A DNA stretch of 43,965 bases from Actinomycetes bacterium (GCA_023252035.1 JAHEXQ010000003.1:1-43965), one strand, 5' to 3'; positions 17,767 through 27,304 are shown, counted from the first letter of the stretch. Numbers and translations: made by a program. The notes: generated by a model from the letters alone, not told the origin.

Positions 17767-18005
17767 CATATCAGGAGCCAGATACTATGGGGGAGAGGCA
17801 CTCTGAAGGCCGCCGTCCGCGGGGGCTTTTCGCCGTTTATACTCAGTTCCTGCTTCAGGACAGGATATTCAGGGTTTCCAGGTCCTTTGCGCTTCGGGAG
17901 CAGCGACGAACAATCTCTGGAGCCGGGGCGAAGACCATGCGCAGCTTTTTCTTGGATCGCAGGTATTCCGCAAAGCAAGCGGAATCACCGCCACCGCGGC
18001 CCTCG

Positions 18006-19760
18006 TCATCCCCATGCCTCCTTGTCGAGCAACTTGATGAGATTCCGCTTCCGCTTATGGGTCGCCCGTACCGAGTCCAGGTAGAGCTTGAACTCAGCCT
18101 CGCGGCCCAACCGGGCCATGACGGCGTGTATCTTCCGAAGCAGTTCGACGGCCTCCGCATACGCATCGTTGTTTTTCCGGTTGATCAGCGGGTCGACCTG
18201 CGCAGTATAGACCTGGAGGGAATCTTCGGGGTACTTCTTCTGGCGTAGGTCCGCGAGGCGCATCCAGAGGTCGCTCCCGCACCCGCCCTCCCCGGCCTCG
18301 CTCCAGGCGGCCTCGACATCCTTTTCCTCGAGGAAGACCTTCACCAACTCCGAGTGGTCCATCCGCCAGTAGCCGCCCCACCGGTTTGTCTGGGATTCCC
18401 GCTTCTTCTCAACCAGCCGCTCGCGCATGTATGCGAGTGCCTTATCGCGCCATACCTGCCACTGCCCGATGCGGTCGGCGTGGCTCTTCAGGTACTTATA
18501 CTTCTCGAGATGAGGCGAGTCGGCGAACTCATCCCATACCAGGGCCATGGCCTCGTCATGGCGCTTGCGCCGGTGGTACTCCTGCGCCAGGAATTCGCGG
18601 AGGTGCGAATCGGCCCGCTCGGGAAAGGACCGCAGCCCGCGCTCTGCCCATTCGAGCGCTAGATCGTGCTTCTCCGCCTGGCCATAGATCTCGGCGATCT
18701 CCAGGAACTGGTACTGGGACGAGAGGTCCCGCTTCTTTACCTCAACCAGCTCCTCGCTGTCGCCGGTCAGGCGGGCAAGACTCTCCACGATGCGCGTGAT
18801 CCGGAAGCGCTTCCCGTACCGTTCCTCGTCGCGGTCACCGGGTCCCAGGGAGGGAACGCGCGCCCACTCGGCCTCCGCCAGCTCACGGTATGCCGCGAGC
18901 CCCTCCTCGCTGAGGATGGCCTCATACGTCTCGACCGCGCCGTAGAAGGTATTCCATACCGTGTCGAGCTCCCACTCGAAGAGACGCTCCGCCAGCTCCT
19001 CCGGGTCCGGCCTGGCTTTTCCGCACGCAGCGTGGTGGAGCTCCTGGAGCTTTTCCGAGTAGTGGCCGAAGTAGCCGTCCGAGTCGTGCACCGACTCAAA
19101 AGCTTCCTCCAGGAGCGAAAGGGCATACTCGGAGCGATCGATCACTGCGGCCGCATGTCCCTCCGCGAGGAGTTCCTGGAGCAAGTCTACGGATTCCTCA
19201 AGTCCTAGTGTGTAGCTGGGCATATCGTAGTACGAGACGAACTCATCGACCTCGATGGCTTCGCGTATCGCCGCCCGGTATGACTCCAGAACAAGACCCC
19301 GGGGCTTTCCCTTGGCCGTCTTCACCAGCAGTTGACGGCGCAGGCGCTCGTCTTCCAGGGCCTGCTGCATGATGATCTCCGTCAGCGTTTCTCCGTCCTG
19401 CTCCAGGAGGTAAGCCCGGACATCGTCCATCGTCAGCGCCGGTATCGCATCACCGGACCCGGTTTCTCCAGACGATGTTTGCTCCAGCCATGCCAGCCCG
19501 ACCGCGACGCAGTGCTTGCAGAATAACCCGTCGCACCCCACCGGGCAGGTGCACGAGTACTCCAGCGCATCCTCCTCAACGTACAGCTTCACCCTGTATT
19601 CTCGCGAGCCGAGCACTCTTGCCGTGATGTTGCCGGCGTATTCCACCAGCGAGCGGACCTGTCCGCTGGCGAAGTATTCCTCTCCCTGCTCAAACGAACG
19701 GTGGCCTGCAAGTCGGCGCAGAGTATCTCGGTCGAAATTGCCGGCCGGAATGGAACTCAT
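18006..19760 (-). CDS. SWIM zinc-finger protein with a helical-repeat C-terminal region
   Basis: The SWIM motif is CTCPVGCDGLFCKHCVAV (CxC...CxH). 584 aa. It starts 37 nt downstream of the recQ stop on the same strand. Confidence 0.8.
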   Translation of the reverse strand: MSSIPAGNFDRDTLRRLAGHRSFEQGEEYFASGQVRSLVEYAGNITARVLGSREYRVKLYVEEDALEYSCTCPVGCDGLFCKHCVAVGLAWLEQTSSGETGSGDAIPALTMDDVRAYLLEQDGETLTEIIMQQALEDERLRRQLLVKTAKGKPRGLVLESYRAAIREAIEVDEFVSYYDMPSYTLGLEESVDLLQELLAEGHAAAVIDRSEYALSLLEEAFESVHDSDGYFGHYSEKLQELHHAACGKARPDPEELAERLFEWELDTVWNTFYGAVETYEAILSEEGLAAYRELAEAEWARVPSLGPGDRDEERYGKRFRITRIVESLARLTGDSEELVEVKKRDLSSQYQFLEIAEIYGQAEKHDLALEWAERGLRSFPERADSHLREFLAQEYHRRKRHDEAMALVWDEFADSPHLEKYKYLKSHADRIGQWQVWRDKALAYMRERLVEKKRESQTNRWGGYWRMDHSELVKVFLEEKDVEAAWSEAGEGGCGSDLWMRLADLRQKKYPEDSLQVYTAQVDPLINRKNNDAYAEAVELLRKIHAVMARLGREAEFKLYLDSVRATHKRKRNLIKLLDKEAWG

Positions 19761-19797
19761 CGAGACATTCGCCCTCCTTCCCCATTTTATCCCGGGG

Positions 19798-22227
19798 CTA
19801 GAGCCAGTTTCGCGTGTCGGCGAGCTCCTCCAGGCCTTTGGCCGTTAACTCGACGACCGGGTACTGGCGGTCGTGGCTGCGGCGCAGCAGCTTCCGCTCA
19901 AGCATGGAGAGGACCCTCTTCTTGACCGCGGCCTGGGTGGCGTTGACCGTTCCGTAGAACTCGTAAGAATCGATACCGGCCTGCGCGATCCACTCCGACC
20001 TGGAGCCAGTAAGCACCTCCGCGATCTTCTCCGCGCCGACCGGGAAGGGCATATCCCGTACACAGCGGAGCACGGCCGCATCAATCTCCCCGGCGCTGGA
20101 ACGGTGTGCGGGCTTGTGCCGGATAGGCGCCTCTTTCTGCGCCGCGGTGCGGCTGGGTGCCAGGCTCGCCGCCGTTATCCCGACCGCCGCCTTTTTCCCC
20201 GCTGGCGTCAGGATGCAGACGGGATATTCCGCACCCCGGTTGCGCTCGACATAGCCGGCCAGGGCTAACTCCTCCAGGACCTCCTTAACCTCGTTCTGAC
20301 CTCGCGACACGAGGCCGAAAGCGGGGTTGCGGTCGAGGCCTCGCTCCAGGACAGCCTGGCTGCGCGAGCCGGTGACCACCTCCGCTATACGCCCCTTCCC
20401 CAAGGGGAATTTCAGGTGCCGCATACAGAGGAGGACCGGCAGCGCTACATCGGCCCGGCGTTGGAGGACGCCCCCCAGGCCGGTGGCAGTTTCCCTGCCC
20501 CGGCAATTGTCGCAGCTATCGCAGACCGGCTTATCTCGCTCCCCGAAGTAGTGCAGGATGTAAGCGCGGCGGCAAGTGTGAATATTTATAAACATCTCCA
20601 TGGCCTCGAGCCGCTCCTCCTCGATGGTCCGCAAAGCCTTCTGCCGATTCCAGTCTATGGGCACCCGGGCGAAAGGAAGCTGCTGACCCGGGACCTTCTC
20701 TATGCCGCGTCCCCGGAAGGGCGGCTCATAACCGATGAGGCCGGCGTCCCGCAGAGCCGCCAGCGCCCTGCGCACCTGTACCGGCTCCAACTTCGCATCG
20801 GAGGCCAGCGCCGGCAGGCTGACGTCGAAACGCCCGGGTGTCTCCAGGTCGGCGGAAGAGGAGAGGGCCTCGAAGATGCGCTTCGGGATATCTCCCCGCA
20901 AGCCAGGCAGCAGCTCCGCATAAGGAAGCTCCAGGGTCACCGCGATCCTGGCTTCCGCCGAGTACGCCCGCAGCACGCCCGCCCCATCCAGCAGCCGCAC
21001 CGCCGAACCCACCTGGCCCTCGGACATGTAGCCGTCGCACAGCTTTCCTATCTCCTTATAGGTGAGCAGGACGGGATTTTCCCGCATGGCCACGATGGTT
21101 TCATAGACCTCCTTCACCCGTTCCCGGTCGGGGTAGCCCACGTCGATGAAGAAGCGGCGGAGGTCTCCGTCTTCCGACGCATAGAGCAGCACGCATTCCG
21201 AGGTCAGCCCGTCGCGCCCGGCGCGGCCTATCTCCTGGTAATACTGCTCCACCGAACCGGGGTAGTTGTAGTGGATCACGAAGCGGACGTCTCGTTTGTC
21301 GATGCCCATGCCGAAGGCCGAAGTCGCCGCCACCACTCTCGCCTTGCCGCCGATGAAGGCCTCCTGTGCTGACGTCCTCTCGGCCGCTTCCATGCCGGCG
21401 TGGTATCCCACGATGGTCGGCTCCGTCCGCTTGAGCTCTCCGGCCAACCGCTCCACGGTCTTGCGCGTCCCCGCGTAGATTATCCCGCAACCGCCATGGG
21501 AAGTGAGGAATTCATGCAGGAATGCGAGCTTCCTTTCGTCCCCGAAAGTGGGACGTACGCTCAGGGTGAGGTTGGGCCGGTCGAAGCCGTGGACCCGGAC
21601 GTCCACCTCGACGGGCCTGAGTCCCAGCGAATCGACGATGTCGCGCTGCACCCTTGCCGTGGCGGTGGCCGTGAGCGCGGTGAGCGGCGGGTTGCCCGCG
21701 TGCTGCCGGAATTCCTTCAGGCGCCGGTAATCGGGTCTGAAATCGTGGCCCCACTCCGAGATGCAGTGGGCCTCGTCGATGGCAAGCCGCGCTATATCCA
21801 GTTCGCCCAAGGCCTTCACAAAAGAGGGATCGCGACATCTTTCCGGCGCCACATAGAGGATGTGGTATTCGCCATTGCGGCATGCTGCGAGCCGGGCCAC
21901 CTGCTCCTCGCGGCTGAGGCTGGAGTTGATGTAGGTGGCGGCGATGTGCCGGCGGGTCAGCTCATCCACCTGGTCCTTCATGAGCGAGATGAGGGGGGAG
22001 ACGACGATGGTCAAGCCGGACCCGAGGAGGGCGGGGAGCTGATAGACGAGCGATTTACCGCTGCCGGTGGGCATGACCAGGAGAAGATGGCGGCCTTGCA
22101 TTGCCGTGTGAATGGCCTCCTCCTGCCCGGGAAGGAACTCCCGGTAGCCGAAGCGGGAAGCGAGCAGCTCGCGCAGCCCAGTGGGCGTGTTCACGTTATC
22201 GTCGCCATCTTTTCCGCCTTGGTCCAT
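19798..22227 (-). CDS. recQ: RecQ-family ATP-dependent DNA helicase
   Basis: LLVMPTGSGKSLVYQLPAL, IDEAHCISEWGHDFRPDY, TATA, the zinc module CRRAYILHYFGE...CDSCDNC, and two tandem winged-helix-like C-terminal repeats. Confidence 0.9.
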   Translation of the reverse strand: MDQGGKDGDDNVNTPTGLRELLASRFGYREFLPGQEEAIHTAMQGRHLLLVMPTGSGKSLVYQLPALLGSGLTIVVSPLISLMKDQVDELTRRHIAATYINSSLSREEQVARLAACRNGEYHILYVAPERCRDPSFVKALGELDIARLAIDEAHCISEWGHDFRPDYRRLKEFRQHAGNPPLTALTATATARVQRDIVDSLGLRPVEVDVRVHGFDRPNLTLSVRPTFGDERKLAFLHEFLTSHGGCGIIYAGTRKTVERLAGELKRTEPTIVGYHAGMEAAERTSAQEAFIGGKARVVAATSAFGMGIDKRDVRFVIHYNYPGSVEQYYQEIGRAGRDGLTSECVLLYASEDGDLRRFFIDVGYPDRERVKEVYETIVAMRENPVLLTYKEIGKLCDGYMSEGQVGSAVRLLDGAGVLRAYSAEARIAVTLELPYAELLPGLRGDIPKRIFEALSSSADLETPGRFDVSLPALASDAKLEPVQVRRALAALRDAGLIGYEPPFRGRGIEKVPGQQLPFARVPIDWNRQKALRTIEEERLEAMEMFINIHTCRRAYILHYFGERDKPVCDSCDNCRGRETATGLGGVLQRRADVALPVLLCMRHLKFPLGKGRIAEVVTGSRSQAVLERGLDRNPAFGLVSRGQNEVKEVLEELALAGYVERNRGAEYPVCILTPAGKKAAVGITAASLAPSRTAAQKEAPIRHKPAHRSSAGEIDAAVLRCVRDMPFPVGAEKIAEVLTGSRSEWIAQAGIDSYEFYGTVNATQAAVKKRVLSMLERKLLRRSHDRQYPVVELTAKGLEELADTRNWL

Positions 22228-22393
22228 GTCCCCTCCTTTCTGCCCAGTTGTAGTTTAAGCCTTGGTGATGACAGACGCATGGGGGCTGCCCCGACATGTA
22301 GAGCATAAGGCTCCAAGGGGTTGTCTTCCGATGCGTACTGCTTCCAGCACAGGAGGGTTGGCGTAAAAGAGCGGAACAGCCTTGGATCGGCCG

Positions 22394-22564
22394 CTATACT
22401 CCGAGCCCTTTGGTCAGCAGATAACTGACGTAATCCGTGATGTCCTTACGGGGGATATCTTCTTCTCCGCTGAGCGTTGATCCGTATGAAAAGGCCTCAA
22501 AGACCTTGTATAAGATGTAGGCTACGACCTTTGGATTGTAGGACCCATGTGACCCGATTTTCCA
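22394..22564 (-). pseudogene. Possible C-terminal remnant of a TetR-like regulator
   Basis: Open frame with no start codon: ...KVVAYILYKVFEAFSYGSTLSGEEDIPRKDITDYVSYLLTKGLGV*. The ending resembles TetR C-termini. The region looks AT-richer than its flanks. Confidence 0.25.
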
Positions 22565-22648
22565 CTATTGAATCCGGTTCATATTTCGTGCCAAGATGGG
22601 CCAAGATGGTTTAGATTTGTAGGGGCGACGACACCGGGAGTGACCCCC

Positions 22649-23272
22649 ATGGCCGAGAGCGAGCGCATGAGGCGCAGGAAAGAGGAGAAGCGGGACCAGA
22701 TCCTGGATGCCGCCCGCAAGCTCTTTCTGGAGCGCGGCTACTCCAGCACCCGCATGGAGGACATCGCGCGCGACGCGGACCTGGCCATCGGCACCCTCTA
22801 CCTCTACTTCGAGAACAAGAACGAGATCTACGCCTCCCTCTGCGAGGACGGATTGGCCATCCTGGACAAACTCTTCGCCAGGGCCGCCAAAGAAGGCAAC
22901 AACTGCTGGGAGAAGATGGAAGCGCTAGCCAAGGTGAACCTGCGTTTCTACCGCAAGCATCGCAACTACTACGACATCGTCACCTTCGTCTTCGCGGGCC
23001 TGAAGCCGGAGGACCTCTCCGCTGCACTGCGGGAGAAGATAGTGAACCGGATAAATGGCATCCTCAACCACCTGGAGGAGATCATCCGGGAGGGCATGGA
23101 GGCGGGAGACATGCGTGCGGGGGATGTGGAGGAGACCGCCCTCATCCTCTGGTCCGCCGTCCTGGGCATGGTCTTCGTGGACCAGGCCGGCTTCATGGAG
23201 GGGCTGGGCAGGAACCTGAACAGCGTCGCCGTGGCCAGCATGGGTATGGCCTTCCGCGGCCTGAAGGCGTAG
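22649..23272 (+). CDS. TetR/AcrR-family transcriptional regulator
   Basis: ATG at 22649 follows GGGAG. The HTH is ILDAARKLFLERGYSSTRMEDIARDADLAIGTLYLYFENKNEIY. Confidence 0.9.
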   Translation: MAESERMRRRKEEKRDQILDAARKLFLERGYSSTRMEDIARDADLAIGTLYLYFENKNEIYASLCEDGLAILDKLFARAAKEGNNCWEKMEALAKVNLRFYRKHRNYYDIVTFVFAGLKPEDLSAALREKIVNRINGILNHLEEIIREGMEAGDMRAGDVEETALILWSAVLGMVFVDQAGFMEGLGRNLNSVAVASMGMAFRGLKA

Positions 23273-23328
23273 GCTGAAAACACCAAAAAGGGCCACCGCA
23301 GTAACAGCCAGCAGCACTCAGAACTTTC

Positions 23329-23372
23329 TTGACGGCAGCTCACACTACTGATTAAATGAATACCGTTCAGTA
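23329..23372 (+). promoter_or_regulatory. Candidate promoter with a flanking inverted repeat upstream of the ACAD operon
   Basis: TTGACG (23329-23334), 17 nt, TTAAAT (23352-23357). TACTGA (23346-23351) and TCAGTA (23367-23372) bracket the -10 box. Confidence 0.45.
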
Positions 23373-23492
23373 ATGATGTAAAATCACCGCATCCAGTCGG
23401 GAACGCCGCAACGTCCGTAGGTCAGTTTCAGCATCCATCAACCCCACCCGTCTCTGCAGCAACCAAATGCAATGTACGGAAAGGGGGACGTT

Positions 23493-24992
23493 ATGTTCGA
23501 TGACATGCTGGGCACCGCCATGAGCGAACGCGGCAAGCAACTGCTCAAGGACTTCCCGGCCCTGCAGGTCCTGCACAAGCACGATCGCAAGGGTGTGAAC
23601 GGGATGATCAAGGTGGCAGAGGACTGCGAGGAGTACAACCGCCGATACGCCGAGCCGATGGCGCTGGAGATCGACGAACGCATCGGCAGGGACCACGACT
23701 ACTTCAACTGGGACATCGTGAAGGCGGGGTGCCAGTACCGCTTCCTCTCGCTGGCCATTCCCGAGGGCGTGGGCGGCATCGCCGGCAAGTACATAGTCAC
23801 CAACATGGCCCTCGCGGTGCACGAGCTCTGCTCCACCTGCGGGGGCATCGGCCTCATCTTCGGGGCGCATACCCTGGGGGTGTCCCCGCTCATCACCGCG
23901 GGGGCCATGGCCCACTGGGACACGGTGCTGCACGAGATAGCCGAGGAGGAGAAGAAAGGCAACCCGGTGCTCATGGCCTACGCCATCACCGAGCCCTCCG
24001 CCGGCACCGATGTGGAGGACCCCGAGTTCCTGGCCAAAGGCAAGATCGGCATGGAGGCACGGCGCACAAAGGGCGGCTACGTCATCAACGGCCGCAAGTG
24101 CTTCATCTCCAACGGGCGCGAGGCCAAGTACCTGACCCTCACCGCGGCCCTCGATCGCAACCGTCCCCTAGAAACCTGGACCACCTTCCTCATCGAGAAT
24201 GGCATGCCCGGCTATTCCACTCCCCGGGTGGAGCGCAAGATGGGCCAGCGCGCCAGCCACGCCACGGAGCTACTCTTCGAGGACGTCTTCGTGCCCGACT
24301 CCCACGTGCTGGGTTACCCCGGGGACGGGATGGTCAACGGCATCCTCATGGTGATGGGGGCCTCGCGCGGACCGGTGGGAGCTATCGCCACGGGCATCGC
24401 CACCGGCGCCTACAACCACTTCATGGCCTGGGCCAAGACCCGGCGCAACGGGCACGCACCCATCGACGAGGAGCGCATCCGTATGGCTGCGGCCGACATG
24501 CACGCCATGCTCTGCGCCAACCGCAACCTCTTCATCAACCACGCGCTGGTGGCCGACGCCTCCTTCGGCAAGGTGCTCGCCCACCCGCTGGTGAACTCCA
24601 CTTACCTGACGCCCCGGGCCATCCGCACCTCCAAGCCCATGTATAAGCTGCTCAACTCTATGGCGGGCAAAGCCTTCATCAACACCCTGCTCGGCCTCTT
24701 CATCTCGGACGAGGAGATAACCCACATCCTGGCGCTGGCCTCCATGGCCAAGTTCCACTGCGCGGACAACGCCATGAAGATAACCTCCAAGGCCCTGGAA
24801 CTGATGGGGGCGGACGACTCGGAGGACCGCCGCTGGGTGGAGAAGTGCTTCCGGGACGCCAAGCTCTGCCAGATTTACGAGGGGACCAATCAGCTCAACC
24901 GGCTCTGCCTCTACGACACGGAGATTTCCAAGGAGCTGACCGTGGAGATCCCGCGCCCCTTCCGGGCTCCTCTCAAGGTGGAGGTGAACTGA
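23493..24992 (+). CDS. Acyl-CoA dehydrogenase, catalytic (alpha-like) subunit, long form
   Basis: ATG at 23493 follows AAGGGGGA (the track start is 23472). AYAITEPSAGTDV, FISNG and a C-terminal FRDAKLCQIYEGTNQLNR with the catalytic Glu present. Confidence 0.85.
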   Translation: MFDDMLGTAMSERGKQLLKDFPALQVLHKHDRKGVNGMIKVAEDCEEYNRRYAEPMALEIDERIGRDHDYFNWDIVKAGCQYRFLSLAIPEGVGGIAGKYIVTNMALAVHELCSTCGGIGLIFGAHTLGVSPLITAGAMAHWDTVLHEIAEEEKKGNPVLMAYAITEPSAGTDVEDPEFLAKGKIGMEARRTKGGYVINGRKCFISNGREAKYLTLTAALDRNRPLETWTTFLIENGMPGYSTPRVERKMGQRASHATELLFEDVFVPDSHVLGYPGDGMVNGILMVMGASRGPVGAIATGIATGAYNHFMAWAKTRRNGHAPIDEERIRMAAADMHAMLCANRNLFINHALVADASFGKVLAHPLVNSTYLTPRAIRTSKPMYKLLNSMAGKAFINTLLGLFISDEEITHILALASMAKFHCADNAMKITSKALELMGADDSEDRRWVEKCFRDAKLCQIYEGTNQLNRLCLYDTEISKELTVEIPRPFRAPLKVEVN

Positions 24993-24993
24993 G

Positions 24994-26046
24994 ATGATAC
25001 AGATTTTAAGGACGACCGAAACCGAGGAGTACCGCATCCTGCGCGGCACCGCCGCCGACTACGCCGCCCGCGTGCTGGCCCCGGTGGCCGAGGAGCTGGA
25101 CGCCCCTACCGGCACGCCCTTCCTCGAATCCATGAACAAGGCCTCCGAGCTGGGGGTGTTGCGGGCCTTCGTGGCCGAGGAGAGCGGGGGAGGGGGCCTG
25201 GACGACTACGCCTTCTGCGTCGCCCTAGAGGAGATGGCCGTGGAGTCGGCGGGTGCGGCAACCGCCCTGCTCATCCACAACGCCGCGCTCCTGCCGGCTA
25301 TCGCCGCGAGTGGAGCCCCGGAGCTGGAGGCGGTCATGGGCGCCGCCTTCCCCATGAGCCTGGCCTATCCGGGCCAGGTGTCACTCGCCGGGGGCAAGGT
25401 GAGCGGCCAGGTCCCTATGGCTTTCAACGCTCCCGCCGCCTCTATGTTCACAGTGCTCGCCCGCAGCACGGAGGGCATCGCCGTGGCCATGGTGGAGCCC
25501 GGCTCGGAAGGGGTGGAGATAACGCCCAACGAGCACCAGATGGGCCTGCGGGCCGCCCGGTGCGGCTCCCTCCACCTCACCGCGGTGGAGCCCCTGGCCA
25601 TCATCCAGGCGGACAACGAGATGGTGGAGAGCCTGGAACGCCTGCTGCACCTGGGTTTTGCGGCAATATCGGCCGGCATCGCGCGCAAGGCCTTCACCAC
25701 CGCGCATGCCTACGCGTCGGAGCGCTACCAGGGCGGCGACATCATCGTGCACCACCAGGCGCTGCGCCTCATGATGGCGGAGATGGTCTCCGGCATCGAG
25801 ATGTCCCGGGCTATGATCAAATCCGCCTGCGAGGAAGGCGGGCTGGCCCCGGCGCTGGCCTGCCGCATCGAGGCCACCGACCGCGCCTTGCGCTCGGCCA
25901 CCGACGGGGTGCAGGTGCACGGGGGCTACGGTTACATGGAGGACTACGGCATGGAGCGCCTCATGCGGGACGCTTCCTGGTGCCAGATATATCCGCGGCC
26001 CAACCAGGAGTCGCTGCTCACCCTGCTCGACCTGGTGGAGGGCTGA
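24994..26046 (+). CDS. Acyl-CoA dehydrogenase-fold protein lacking the catalytic Glu (beta-like subunit)
   Basis: Starts 1 nt after the alpha stop. ACAD-like throughout, but the C-terminal motif reads MRDASWCQIYPRPNQES (YEGT replaced by YPRP). Confidence 0.8.
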   Translation: MIQILRTTETEEYRILRGTAADYAARVLAPVAEELDAPTGTPFLESMNKASELGVLRAFVAEESGGGGLDDYAFCVALEEMAVESAGAATALLIHNAALLPAIAASGAPELEAVMGAAFPMSLAYPGQVSLAGGKVSGQVPMAFNAPAASMFTVLARSTEGIAVAMVEPGSEGVEITPNEHQMGLRAARCGSLHLTAVEPLAIIQADNEMVESLERLLHLGFAAISAGIARKAFTTAHAYASERYQGGDIIVHHQALRLMMAEMVSGIEMSRAMIKSACEEGGLAPALACRIEATDRALRSATDGVQVHGGYGYMEDYGMERLMRDASWCQIYPRPNQESLLTLLDLVEG

Positions 26047-26047
26047 T

Positions 26048-27304
26048 ATGGAAGACGTCTATATCATCGGCGTGGGCATGTTCCGCTTCGGCAAGTACGC
26101 CGAGCGCACCATTAAGGATATGGCGGCGGAGGCCCTGGACCTGGTGCTCACGGATGCGGGCGCCACTACCAAGGACATAGAGGCCGCCTGGTTCTCCAAC
26201 TCCTTCTGGGGCATCAACACCGGGCAGCACTCCATCCGGGGCCAGGTGGCCCTGGCCCCCCTGGGCATCGAGAACGTCCCCATCATGAACGTGGAGAACG
26301 CCTGCGCCGGGGCCTCGAGCGCGGTGAACGGGGCCTGGATGGGCATCAAAGCCGGGGCCTACGACGTGGCCTTGGCCTTGGGTGCCGAGAAAGTCTACAA
26401 CCCCACCGACAAGGAGGCCGCCTTCGAGATGTTCATCTCCAACGCGGACGTGGACTTTGTGCGCGGCCTCATAAGCGCCTTCCAGGCCGATGCGGCCAAG
26501 AAAGCCCAGGAAGCCGGTGCTGCCAAGGAGGGTGGTGGAGGTGGAGGTGGAGGGGGGCACTCGCCCTTCATGGACATCTACGCCATGGCCGCACGGATGC
26601 ACATGCAGCAGTACGGCACCACCCAGGAGCAGCTCGCGGTCATCGCCTCCAAGAACCACAAGGCCGGGGCGCTCAATCCGTTAGCCCAGTACCAGATCGC
26701 CATGAGCGTGGAGGACGTGATGAACGACCGCCTGGTGGCCTACCCGCTCACCCGGGCCATGTGCGCCCCCATCGGGGACGGGGCTACCGCGGCCCTGCTC
26801 TGCTCGGAGAGCGCTCTCAAGCGTTTCCCGGATGCCCGCCCGGTGAAGGTGCGGGCTTCGGTGCTCGCCTCCGGTTCCCTGCAGTTCGGCCCCGAACACG
26901 AGCTCATCGGCAAGAAGGTATCGCGGCGGGCTTACGAGATGGCCGGCCTCGGGCCGGAGGATATCGACGTGGCCGAGGTGCACGACGCCACCGCCTTCGG
27001 GGAGCTGCTGCAGTGCGAGGAGCTGGGCTTCTGCGGAGAGGGCGAGGGTGGCCCCTTCGCCGCATCAGGCGCCACCACTATTGGTGGGAAGCTGCCGGTC
27101 AATCCCAGCGGAGGCCTGGAGTGCCGGGGCCATCCCATCGGTGCCTCGGGCATCGCCCAGCTCTTCGAGCTGGTCACTCAACTGAGGGGGGAGTCCGGAC
27201 CCCGCCAGGTGGAGGGGGCCCGCATCGCCATGGCTGAGAACGGCGGGGGCTTCCTGGGCGCGGGGGAGGCCGCCATGGCCATCCATATACTGGAAAAAGT
27301 CTGA
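26048..27304 (+). CDS. Thiolase-fold protein, SCP-x / lipid-transfer (Ltp) type
   Basis: Starts 1 nt after the upstream stop. NVENACAGASSAV (active-site Cys), ASKNHKAGALNP, NPSGGLECRGHPIGASG. Contains a nine-Gly run. Confidence 0.85.
   Translation: MEDVYIIGVGMFRFGKYAERTIKDMAAEALDLVLTDAGATTKDIEAAWFSNSFWGINTGQHSIRGQVALAPLGIENVPIMNVENACAGASSAVNGAWMGIKAGAYDVALALGAEKVYNPTDKEAAFEMFISNADVDFVRGLISAFQADAAKKAQEAGAAKEGGGGGGGGGHSPFMDIYAMAARMHMQQYGTTQEQLAVIASKNHKAGALNPLAQYQIAMSVEDVMNDRLVAYPLTRAMCAPIGDGATAALLCSESALKRFPDARPVKVRASVLASGSLQFGPEHELIGKKVSRRAYEMAGLGPEDIDVAEVHDATAFGELLQCEELGFCGEGEGGPFAASGATTIGGKLPVNPSGGLECRGHPIGASGIAQLFELVTQLRGESGPRQVEGARIAMAENGGGFLGAGEAAMAIHILEKV

Noticed and set aside
20416-22308. 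Plus-strand ORFs 20416..21372 (318 aa) and 21400..22308 (302 aa)
   Set aside because: They are antisense to recQ, which carries full helicase motifs.
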